From contig NC_010655.1 of the NCBI RefSeq assembly GCF_000020225.1, forward strand, positions 750,001-782,000: a stretch of DNA of 32,000 nucleotides. Reading direction: 5' to 3'. Shown here piece by piece: positions 1 to 7,835 of this stretch (position 1 is its first letter; the number at the start of each line of letters is the position of its first letter). The position numbers were made by a program, and so were the translations under genes. Origin of the DNA: Akkermansia muciniphila ATCC BAA-835. GTDB lineage: Bacteria > Verrucomicrobiota > Verrucomicrobiia > Verrucomicrobiales > Akkermansiaceae. The notes under the pieces are model-generated. The model was not told the origin of the DNA and did no database searches. It saw only the letters and a list, made by a program, of their open reading frames with translations.

Positions 1-15
1 TCTACATTACCGCCC

Positions 16-1239
16 GTGAGCAAGGGCAGGGTTCTCATCGTTACATATGTTTTTCCTCCGGAGGAAGGAGGCGTAGGCATGGCTGCCTATGAAATGGCCT
101 GCAGCCTGAGCTCCCTGGACTGGGATATCCACGTCCTCACCCGCCCGCTGGATTCACCGGATGAGTCCTTCCGCTCCCACCAATACAGCCCTCTCACAAC
201 CCTGCCGGACACCCTGACGAAGGACAGTGCCCGTTTAAGGGAATACCTGGACGGGTTTCTGAAAGATTTCCGGCCGGATGTTATTATCTACCACTCCTGG
301 GCGGACTGGTGCCGGGAAGAATTGCTGGACGCGGCACGGGATTCAGGCATTCCGTTTTTCCTCCGCTCCCATGGTGCAGCTACCAATTTCCGCTCTTTTT
401 TCCGCTTCAATTACCCTCCTTTCTTCGGCCTGAAAAAATGGCTCTGCTCCTTTTTTCAAGTACGCAGGGATATCCTCAACGTATGCCGGAAATCACCGTT
501 AAACCGTCTCGTTTTTCTCGATCCTTACGGGACACTGTTCAAGAGCTTTGATTATTACTGCGCATCCAGAAGCAAACTTGCCCATTACTCCTGCATTCCC
601 AACACATTCCCGGCTCTGAAAAGAACCGCTCCTTTTTTCCGGGAAAAATACGGACTTTCCTCCGCCCCCGTTTTTACCTGCCCTGCCGGCGCCAGCATGA
701 GGAAACGGCAGCTTCTCTTCATCCGCCATGTGAAACGCTCCCGTCTGCGGCATATCATTTTTCTTTTTCTGATTCCCCAGCACAATGCCTACGCGGAACA
801 AATGGAACAAGCCATCGGGGATGACCCCAGATTCAGGATTCTCTACAGGCTCCCCCGTTTGGAAGTAGAAGCCGCCATTATGGAAAGCGATGCCGTTTTC
901 CTTTACTCTTATCAGGAACAGCAGCCCCTCTCCATTCTGGAGGCGATGTCATGCGGCGTTCCCTGGTTCGCTCCGGACGCAGGAGCTCTTTCCACCCTGG
1001 AGGGGGGAATCGTCCTGAAAAACACTTCCCCCTCCGTGCTGGAAAAAGCCGTGGAATCGTTGACGGACGAAAAAACACGCAAACTACTGGGGAGTAAAGG
1101 CCGCCGGCAATGGGAAGCCTGTTTCGCCCCCGACGCAGTAAACCAGGAATGGGAGCAACTGCTTTTTTCCTCCATCCGCCCGGAAGGAAAGCCTCCGTTC
1201 GCGTCTTCCATCGTCCGGGAGCATTTACCCACCTGCTAA
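16..1239 (+). CDS. Glycosyltransferase, GT-B fold (family 4/1-like)
   Basis: 407-aa ORF with a GTG start. The N-terminus RVLIVTYVFPPEEGGVGMAAYEMA is a typical GT4 N-domain opening. The C-terminal QQPLSILEAMSCGVPWFAPDAGALSTLEGG matches the conserved EAM-x-G-x-P nucleotide-sugar binding region. Confidence 0.75.
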   Translation: MSKGRVLIVTYVFPPEEGGVGMAAYEMACSLSSLDWDIHVLTRPLDSPDESFRSHQYSPLTTLPDTLTKDSARLREYLDGFLKDFRPDVIIYHSWADWCREELLDAARDSGIPFFLRSHGAATNFRSFFRFNYPPFFGLKKWLCSFFQVRRDILNVCRKSPLNRLVFLDPYGTLFKSFDYYCASRSKLAHYSCIPNTFPALKRTAPFFREKYGLSSAPVFTCPAGASMRKRQLLFIRHVKRSRLRHIIFLFLIPQHNAYAEQMEQAIGDDPRFRILYRLPRLEVEAAIMESDAVFLYSYQEQQPLSILEAMSCGVPWFAPDAGALSTLEGGIVLKNTSPSVLEKAVESLTDEKTRKLLGSKGRRQWEACFAPDAVNQEWEQLLFSSIRPEGKPPFASSIVREHLPTC

Positions 1240-1261
1240 CCTTGCCTCCTCTTTCCAATCC

Positions 1262-2407
1262 ATGCCGATCAAACGCCTCCGTCCCGTATTAGCCATAGCA
1301 GCGGACCTCCCTCTGGGCCGGCTGCTGACGTCTTTCCGTAATAAGGACCGGCGTACGATTCCCTGGATTTTTTCCCTTTTTCATGCTCTGGAATCTCAGG
1401 AAGATTTTGACATCCACTGGATCACCCTCAGCAAAGCCGTTTCTGCCCCGGAAACCATCCGGATGCGCAACCAGACCATCCACATTCTTCCCCTGGGCAG
1501 CATGGGCAGGAATATCCTGACGGCCCATTTCCTGACCGTCCGGAGAATACGCAAGACCCTGAACGATATCCAGCCGGACCTCCTGCACGTATGGGGCGTG
1601 GAGCAGGCTTACGCTCTGGCGGGGATTGCCTTCCGGGGAAAGAAGCTCCTTTCCTACCAGGGAGCCCTCACCGCCTACTGCCAGCGCGCTCCGCAGGCCT
1701 TCCTCCTCCATATGCAGGCCCTCTGGGAACGGATGGCCGTCAAACATTATGATCTTATCACGTGCGAATCCCCCTGGGCGTGCGGCCGCGTTGCGGAAAT
1801 TGCCCCCCATGCCCGTCTATCCTGCATGGAATACGGCGTGGAACCTTCCTTTTACCATCTTGCCAGAAAACCTTCCCCGGAACCTTCCTGCCTCTTTGCC
1901 GGAACCATTTACGAGTTGAAGGGCATTTCCTACCTGGTGGAGGCCTTTACGCATCCGTCCCTTTCCCATGTCCAGCTGTTCATTGCGGGCAACGGAGCCC
2001 TCAGGGAAAGGCTGGAAGCCCTGTCCACTCCCAATATCCACTGGCTGGGCAGCATTTCCCGCGCAGAACTTCAGCAGCACCTTTCCACGGCGTGGTTCCT
2101 GGTGCATCCCACCCTGGGGGATTGCTGCCCCAACATCGTGAAGGAGGCAAGAGTCATGGGCCTTCCGGTAATCACCACGGAAGAAGGCGGACAGACTCAA
2201 TATGTTCAGGACGGCGTATCCGGCTATATTGTCCCTGTCCGCAACAGCGCCGCCGTCAGGGAAGCCGCGCAGAAACTTTCCGTCAGCCTGGATAAAGCCA
2301 TGTCCATGGGAATGGAGCGGCATCAGGAATGCCGCCGCCTGCTGGACGTAAAGCAGACAGTAACCGGGTGCCTGTCACGTTATCATACCATGCTGTATCC
2401 ACGCTGA
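1262..2407 (+). CDS. Glycosyltransferase, GT-B fold (family 4/1-like)
   Basis: 381-aa ORF lying 22 nt after the previous gene. The C-terminal domain motifs are PNIVKEARVMGLPVITTEEGGQTQYVQDGVSGYIVP, the typical GT1/GT4 pattern (E-A-x-x-G-x-P-V-I ... G-x-x-E-x-V-x-D-G-x-x-G). Confidence 0.8.
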   Translation: MPIKRLRPVLAIAADLPLGRLLTSFRNKDRRTIPWIFSLFHALESQEDFDIHWITLSKAVSAPETIRMRNQTIHILPLGSMGRNILTAHFLTVRRIRKTLNDIQPDLLHVWGVEQAYALAGIAFRGKKLLSYQGALTAYCQRAPQAFLLHMQALWERMAVKHYDLITCESPWACGRVAEIAPHARLSCMEYGVEPSFYHLARKPSPEPSCLFAGTIYELKGISYLVEAFTHPSLSHVQLFIAGNGALRERLEALSTPNIHWLGSISRAELQQHLSTAWFLVHPTLGDCCPNIVKEARVMGLPVITTEEGGQTQYVQDGVSGYIVPVRNSAAVREAAQKLSVSLDKAMSMGMERHQECRRLLDVKQTVTGCLSRYHTMLYPR

Positions 2408-3024
2408 TGAAATTATTCCTTATCCATCTGCTTTCCGGGATAGGCCGCCTGCTGCTCAGGCTCAGGGGGGTGCGCACCGGAACAGGCATCATTCTTTCCG
2501 GATTTCCCCTCATTAAAAAATTCCCGGGAGCGTCCATCACCATCGGCAACGGAGTCACCATCCACTCCCTGACCCGGATGAATCCGGTACTTTCCCATCA
2601 CACCTGCCTGGCCGCCCTTTCCAATCAGGCAAGCATCATTCTGGAGGACGGCTGCGGCATCAGCGGAGCCACCCTGGTCTGCGTCAACGGCATCCGCATC
2701 GGCCGCCACACGCTGATAGGAGCAGACGCGCTGATTCTGGACAACGACATGCACTATCCCCGGAGCGGCGCCAGGTGGGGATCAACCCTGGGACAGCCCG
2801 AACAGGGACAACCCATTTCCATCGGGGAAGGATGCTTCATCGGCGCCAGGGCCACCATCTTGAAAGGAGTCACCATCGGCTCCGGTTCCGTAGTCGCCGC
2901 AGGAGCCGTCGTCACCCGGGATGTGCCTCCCGGCTGCCTGGCCATCGGAAATCCCGCAGTAAATAAACCGCTCCCCGAACGTCTCAAACATCCCCGGGAA
3001 ACACAAAAAGCCATCTGCCCTTGA
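2407..3024 (+). CDS. Hexapeptide-repeat (left-handed beta-helix) O-acetyltransferase, WbbJ/WcaF/Maa-like
   Basis: The ORF track opens at 2329. ATG 2407 overlaps the upstream TGA by 1 nt (TGATG) and gives MKLFLIHLL..., which I take as the start. Imperfect hexapeptide repeats are present: ITIGNGVTIHS, GCGISGATLVCVNGIRIGRHTLIGADALIL, ISIGEGCFIGARATILKGVTIGSGSVVAAGAVVTRDVPPGCLAIGNPA. Confidence 0.8.
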   Translation: MKLFLIHLLSGIGRLLLRLRGVRTGTGIILSGFPLIKKFPGASITIGNGVTIHSLTRMNPVLSHHTCLAALSNQASIILEDGCGISGATLVCVNGIRIGRHTLIGADALILDNDMHYPRSGARWGSTLGQPEQGQPISIGEGCFIGARATILKGVTIGSGSVVAAGAVVTRDVPPGCLAIGNPAVNKPLPERLKHPRETQKAICP

Positions 3025-3070
3025 GCATTTCCCCTGCCTGCCTCAGGGGGCTCCAAAGGCAGACTCTTTC

Positions 3071-4174
3071 ATGACACCGCAAAATCCTACAATTTTATTA
3101 CCCTCATCCCGGGAACATTGGATTGACATATCCCGATTCCTCGCGGCATGCCTGATTGTATGCGTCCACGCGCCGGCCTTCTCTTTCGCCAGCCTGTTCC
3201 AGCTTCCGGTTTTCAACGGCCGCGTGGCATTTTTCCTGATTCTGGCAGGCTATTTCATGGGCCGGAATAATTCCTGGAACAAAGCGTTCAAACGGGGTTA
3301 TACGCTTCTCATTCCCTTTCTGTTCTGGAATATAGTCATCTCTTTCCTCCATCCGGGAATCATGAATATGGGACTGCCGGAATACTTATGCAACCTTGCA
3401 GGCTTCCGCTCCCTTTTCACTCCCGATTTTATTCCTCTTTCCATCAATGGATTGACGGGAGAACCCTTTTCCCCTCCCACATGGTTTTTGAGGGATATCA
3501 TTCTCTGTTCCCTCATTTCCCCCATCCTGCTGAAATTGAAATATCCGGTTTTTGTCCTGATCCTGATCTGCTTCAGCACGGACTGGCTCCAATACCCCGT
3601 GCCGGCCAACAAGATTACCCTTGCTCCATCCACCGTCTCCCTGTTCAGTCTGGGCCTTTTCCTGTCTTCCATCAAACTGGCTGAAGTAAAACACGTTTAC
3701 AAAAATTCCTTTACTCCCCTCGTTCTGCTCGCCGTAGGAACCGGGTTTCTGCTCAGCATCACCAATTACTTGAGCGTTTGCCAGAATAACCCGGAATGGA
3801 ACATGCACAAAATACTGGCATCCTATGGAGTATGGAATATCTCCTGGCCGGCTGTCCGTTTGAATTCCCTCTGCCCAGTCTTCGGGGCGCTTCTTCTCAT
3901 GACCCTTGGAATCTGGCTGGAAAAGAAAATTCCCGTTGCCAGAAAGCTGTCCAACTATGCTCCCGCCTGTTTCCTGATATTCGTTCTTCATTATCCTTTG
4001 ATCATGCTGATCCCCTCCCACATCTGGAAACAATCCTTTTTCGCTCCCTTTGTATTAATACCGGCCATCATTTTCCTGATCGTCGCATTCTATCTTTTCC
4101 TGAGAAAATTCTTCCCGGCCTGCCTGCCCTACGTCGCCAACGACCGCATCACCCATGTTCCCAAAAAAAATTAA
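3071..4174 (+). CDS. Integral-membrane acyltransferase family 3 (AT3; OafA/OatA/Oac-type acyltransferase domain)
   Basis: 367-aa ORF that is hydrophobic throughout, with about 10 predicted TM segments. The N-terminal HWIDISRFLAACLIVCVHA resembles the conserved AT3 opening (R/H-x-x-x-ID-x-x-R ... V-x-x-x-H). Confidence 0.8.
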   Translation: MTPQNPTILLPSSREHWIDISRFLAACLIVCVHAPAFSFASLFQLPVFNGRVAFFLILAGYFMGRNNSWNKAFKRGYTLLIPFLFWNIVISFLHPGIMNMGLPEYLCNLAGFRSLFTPDFIPLSINGLTGEPFSPPTWFLRDIILCSLISPILLKLKYPVFVLILICFSTDWLQYPVPANKITLAPSTVSLFSLGLFLSSIKLAEVKHVYKNSFTPLVLLAVGTGFLLSITNYLSVCQNNPEWNMHKILASYGVWNISWPAVRLNSLCPVFGALLLMTLGIWLEKKIPVARKLSNYAPACFLIFVLHYPLIMLIPSHIWKQSFFAPFVLIPAIIFLIVAFYLFLRKFFPACLPYVANDRITHVPKKN

Positions 4175-4895
4175 GGCCTGTATCCTCTTTCTTCTTTTAA
4201 CCGTTCCGGCCGCATTAGGCGCCGTCTGGTGCGCCAAACACGCCTACCGCTACCATTTGGCTGTCCATCCCCTTCCCTATTCCCCGGAACAGGGCGCCCT
4301 GCTGGAAAAACACCGGCAGGACAAACGCAATGCCCGGCTGAATCCCCATGCCCCCGTGTTGTTCCTGGGTTCCTCCACCATGGAATTCTGGCTGAAAGAA
4401 GGGAAACATTCCTGGGAAACCTGGTTTTCCCCTCTGGGATGCCTCAACCTGGGAACCAGGAGCGAGACCACGGGCAACCTGCTCTGGCGCCTCAATGACG
4501 GCCTGACAAGCCCGCTGGCGCCCAGAATCATCGTCCTGTATTCGGGAGTCAACAATCTGGGAGTACAAAAAAGCCTGGGATGGACGGCTTTTCAGGGAAA
4601 CGTGGCCATCGTCAAAAAAATCAGGGAGATTTACAGCCCGGAAACGACCGCCATCATTGTCATTCCCCCGCTCATCGCACAAAAAGGGTCGCGCATGGAA
4701 ACCTTCAGGAATTGTCTGCTGCAACACGACTTTGGAGAAAATGTCCATGTCCTCCCCCTCCATTTCTTCCTTCCGGGAAAAGACGCCAGCCTTTATACTT
4801 GGGACGGCCTCCATCTCAACGCCCTGGGATATGAAGCCATTTCGCCTCCGCTTTTCCGCTTCCTCCAACAGCTTTTAAGCAGGAGCAGCTTTTAG
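4155..4895 (+). CDS. Exported SGNH/GDSL-family hydrolase or acyl-esterase
   Basis: 246-aa ORF with an N-terminal signal-anchor, ACILFLLLTVPAALGAVWCA. All four SGNH blocks are readable. Block I is LFLGSSTMEFW, block II is LNLGTRSETTGN, block III is YSGVNNL, and block V is DGLHLNALGY (D-x-x-H). Confidence 0.75.
   Translation: MFPKKIKACILFLLLTVPAALGAVWCAKHAYRYHLAVHPLPYSPEQGALLEKHRQDKRNARLNPHAPVLFLGSSTMEFWLKEGKHSWETWFSPLGCLNLGTRSETTGNLLWRLNDGLTSPLAPRIIVLYSGVNNLGVQKSLGWTAFQGNVAIVKKIREIYSPETTAIIVIPPLIAQKGSRMETFRNCLLQHDFGENVHVLPLHFFLPGKDASLYTWDGLHLNALGYEAISPPLFRFLQQLLSRSSF
4163..4170. repeat. A8 homopolymer inside the AT3/SGNH ORF overlap
   Basis: The sequence reads catgttccc-aaaaaaaa-ttaagg. The tract lies between the SGNH start codon (4155) and the AT3 stop codon (4172-4174). 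Confidence 0.95.
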
Positions 4896-4936
4896 GGCTT
4901 CACAGGAACAACAAACTTTATCCGCCATTACTCCAC

Positions 4937-5863
4937 GTGATGATTGAATCTTCTCCACCCCATCAGGCAACACTTCCCATGACCCTGTTTCTGGCAGGTC
5001 CCACCGGATCGGGCAAATCCGCGGTAGCCGTGGAACTGGCGGAGATGCTGGACGCAGAAATCGTCAGTTCCGACGCTTACCAGGTGTACCGGGAGCTGCC
5101 CATCCTGACGGCGGCGCCTTCCCCGGCAGACCGGGAACGGGTCCCCCACCACATGGTTTCCATCATTCCGGTCCAAAAGAACTGGAATGCCACGGAACAC
5201 TACCACCGCGCCATGCGCTGCATGGAAGAAATTCACGCACGCGGAAAAATCGCCATCGTCACGGGCGGTTCCGGCCTGTACTTCAAATTCCTCTCCCACG
5301 GCCTGTCGGAAGCGCCGCCGGGGGACGCTGCTCTCCGCGCCGCTTTCGCGAACTGTTCCACGGAAGCGCTATACGCCAGACTCTCTTCCCTGGATCCGGA
5401 AGGAGCGGCCTCGACGGATGCCTCCAACCGGCGTTATGTGGAACGCAATCTGGAAATCGTCCTTGCCGGAGGAAAACCTCTTTCCTTCTGGAAGAGGAAC
5501 TGGTTGACCCCGCCGCGCGGGCCCGGCTGGGTCATCAGCAGGGATGTTCCTGAACTGGACGAAAGAATAGCCCACCGTGCCGCACGCATGATGCAGGAGG
5601 GGGCCGTGGAGGAAACGGCTTCCCTCGGCCCATGCTCCGCCACAGCGGAACGCACCCTGGGCCTGGCGTTGATACGAAGCATGCTGCGCGGGGAAATCTC
5701 CCGTGAAAACTGCCAGGGCCAGCTGGCCCTCGCCACCCGGCAATACGCCAAACGGCAGCGCACCTGGCTGAAACGCGAACAATGGCTCCGGAAACTTCCG
5801 GCTTCCCCTTCCGACTCTCCCCGGGCTCTTGCAGAACGCATCATGGAAGAACTGGGGCATTAA
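4937..5863 (+). CDS. miaA: tRNA dimethylallyltransferase (i6A37)
   Basis: LAGPTGSGKSAVAVELAEMLDAEIVSSDAYQVYRELPILTAAPS is the canonical MiaA P-loop plus SxDxxQxY motif. The start could be GTG 4937, ATG 4940 or ATG 4979. Confidence 0.9.
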   Translation: MMIESSPPHQATLPMTLFLAGPTGSGKSAVAVELAEMLDAEIVSSDAYQVYRELPILTAAPSPADRERVPHHMVSIIPVQKNWNATEHYHRAMRCMEEIHARGKIAIVTGGSGLYFKFLSHGLSEAPPGDAALRAAFANCSTEALYARLSSLDPEGAASTDASNRRYVERNLEIVLAGGKPLSFWKRNWLTPPRGPGWVISRDVPELDERIAHRAARMMQEGAVEETASLGPCSATAERTLGLALIRSMLRGEISRENCQGQLALATRQYAKRQRTWLKREQWLRKLPASPSDSPRALAERIMEELGH

Positions 5864-7449
5864 TCCCTCTTCACACGGCGGTAAATATCCAAGTTCGTCA
5901 CTTCTCTGAAAAAGGATCGTTCCCGGCAATATTCCGTACTTAGCAAATCCCGCATAGCCCTCAGGGAGGGAGATTCCGTGTTGTCCGGCTTGAAGTATTC
6001 TCCCGCTATCACCACATAGTCTATCTTTCCGCGGCGGATTTCCTGATACTGACGCATCCTTTCCCGTTCTGCACCCTGTTTGTCGGAAGCGCAAATCGTA
6101 AACGTGCGTATGGGCGGCACCAAACCATTGACACAGTAAAACCATACGGCATGCCGCCCAAGGACTGCACAAGCATTCTCCCCCTCCGGTTCATCACTGG
6201 TATCTGGAAGAGCAAAAGCGGACATCCATTCGCGGGCGCGGCTTCTGCATGAAAAATCCACGCAATTCAGGAAGGTGCAAGCCATCACTCCCGCAACAAC
6301 CAGAGGAAAAAGCCATCGGCGCCACTTTCGGGAAACAACCTCTTCCACATGGATCATCCTGGCCACCACCAGGTATCCCACAGCAGCGAAGGGAATAAGT
6401 GTCTGGGCGTAATGGTTGAAATGCGTCTTTCCATTTCCCTGGACGCCCATGCAGGTAATCAGAAAAGCGGCTGTATAATAAATCTTTTCCCTGGCGGGCA
6501 TCCGGCTTAAAATCACCCCCGCTCCTCCCACGATGTACATCAACATGCTAGGATACATGATATCCCTTTTCACCCATTGGGAATAATTCCGGCACATCTC
6601 CTTGAACGATACCGCATCGGCGCCGTAACCGGCATTAAAAACAATGTATCCTTCATATAAATCCAGCAACGCGCCGCGGCTGTAAAAATACCAGAGGCAG
6701 GGCGTCAGCATCAACAGGAGCGTTCCTCCCACGCTTCCTGTAAAAATCCATGCCTTCCCGGTCATCCGCGCACGATACAGGACATACAGGAAGGGAACGA
6801 ACCAAAAAGCGGCCAAGTTGAATTTCAACAGAAGCGCCATCCCGATGCCCGCGCCAAACACCACGCCCGTTCTTACGAAGCGATCGGGATCCCGATACAG
6901 GCGGCACACTCCATAAATCGCGGCAAACTGGAAAGGCAGAATAAATTCGGAGGGATGACCTCCTCCTGCATAATAGTGGAAACTGCACATGGAATAAAGG
7001 ATGAGCAGCGAAACGATAAACGCTTTTTTTCCAGATACGAAGAGAAGTGCCGCCTTGTAACAAAAGATCATGGAGGCCGTCACTGCGAATACCTCAAGAA
7101 CGAATACAAGCCAGTAAGAACCACACAAGGCGTAGGAAAAGCCATATATCAAAAAAATGAAGGGCCCCTTTTGATCAAACAAATCCCGATAAGGCATCAA
7201 CCCTTCCATCATTCCGCGTCCCATGAGATGATAAATAATGGGATCACAACTTACGGGAATTTCATAATAGGGAGACACATAACTGGAATAATAACAAATC
7301 AGAAATGAGAAAATAGACCACCATGCAATACAACATCCATTTACCCTATTACAACGAAACATTTTTATATGGGTACGGATTTGGAATCCGTAGCTTTTTT
7401 CCAGGTGGCCTCCGTTCTCCGGCAGACTGAAATCATCAGACCACCGCAT
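5860..7449 (-). CDS. Polytopic membrane glycosyltransferase, GT-C fold (ArnT/PMT-like, GT39/GT83-type) with a soluble C-terminal domain
   Basis: 529-aa ORF with more than 10 hydrophobic segments. The first-loop motif PYRDLFDQKGPFIFLIY resembles the D-x-KPP/GP loop of ArnT/PMT_2 proteins. The start is uncertain. ATG 7362 (MFRCNRV..., 500 aa) is an alternative, and the first 29 codons overlap a palindrome and an SD-preceded small ORF. The gene is visibly more A/T-rich than its neighbours. Confidence 0.6.
   Translation of the reverse strand: MRWSDDFSLPENGGHLEKSYGFQIRTHIKMFRCNRVNGCCIAWWSIFSFLICYYSSYVSPYYEIPVSCDPIIYHLMGRGMMEGLMPYRDLFDQKGPFIFLIYGFSYALCGSYWLVFVLEVFAVTASMIFCYKAALLFVSGKKAFIVSLLILYSMCSFHYYAGGGHPSEFILPFQFAAIYGVCRLYRDPDRFVRTGVVFGAGIGMALLLKFNLAAFWFVPFLYVLYRARMTGKAWIFTGSVGGTLLLMLTPCLWYFYSRGALLDLYEGYIVFNAGYGADAVSFKEMCRNYSQWVKRDIMYPSMLMYIVGGAGVILSRMPAREKIYYTAAFLITCMGVQGNGKTHFNHYAQTLIPFAAVGYLVVARMIHVEEVVSRKWRRWLFPLVVAGVMACTFLNCVDFSCRSRAREWMSAFALPDTSDEPEGENACAVLGRHAVWFYCVNGLVPPIRTFTICASDKQGAERERMRQYQEIRRGKIDYVVIAGEYFKPDNTESPSLRAMRDLLSTEYCRERSFFREVTNLDIYRRVKRD
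7374..7392. promoter_or_regulatory. Perfect 8-3-8 palindrome TACGGATT-TGG-AATCCGTA (operator-like or 5' hairpin)
   Basis: Read directly from the sequence. It lies 12 nt upstream of the alternative ATG (7362) of the GT-C gene on the minus strand. Confidence 0.6.
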
Positions 7450-7491
7450 TCTGAAAAACTGAATATGCCATTGAACAACAATTTTTTAGTT

Positions 7492-7530
7492 AATACCTCC
7501 TCATCTTTCCTCATCACGGAAATACCTCCT
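7492..7530 (-). repeat. Two exact copies of AGGAGGTATT (minus strand) spaced 29 nt apart
   Basis: On the plus strand AATACCTCCT occurs at 7492-7501 and 7521-7530. The distal copy places a perfect AGGAGG 7 nt before a GTG and 10 nt before an ATG on the minus strand. Confidence 0.8.
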
Positions 7531-7628
7531 GAAAAAAAATGAAGGGCCTTACCTCTCCATATTCCAGCTTCCTGTTTAAAGAGGTGGTAAATTAATTATA
7601 ATACTTTTTTCTAATTTATTATATTGAC

Positions 7629-7647
7629 TACGGATTCCAAATTCGAT
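7629..7647. promoter_or_regulatory. Second, half-degenerate copy of the same motif: TACGGATT-CCA-AATTCGAT
   Basis: 14 consecutive nt (TACGGATTCCAAAT) equal the reverse complement of the 7374-7392 copy, and 16 of 19 positions match overall. It sits in the AT-rich divergent intergenic region. Confidence 0.5.
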
Positions 7648-7835
7648 TTCAGGGAATGTGATTAAAAATCAAAAGCCTCCCGGATCGACCGAATCATATT
7701 CCGCATCAGGGACCGGATGCCCCATTTCCACGCTTTTTGTCTTGGCTTACGGAAACATCTTTGGTTTACAGGGTCAGGCGGCAAAGCCTTTCTCAAAGCG
7801 GTCCGCCTTATCACCCCCATATCTTTTCCAGCATC

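Noticed and set aside
4896-4903. GGCTTCAC occurs immediately after the stop codons of two unrelated genes (4896-4903 and 11259-11266).
   Set aside because: It is only an 8-mer. About one chance occurrence is expected in 64 kb of two-strand sequence. There is no flanking similarity or secondary structure.
5860-5863. The convergent miaA and GT-C genes overlap by their stop codons in the tetranucleotide TTAA.
   Set aside because: The overlap is real in the sequence, but such overlaps are common in compact genomes. It leaves no room for a terminator and has no further implication I can support.
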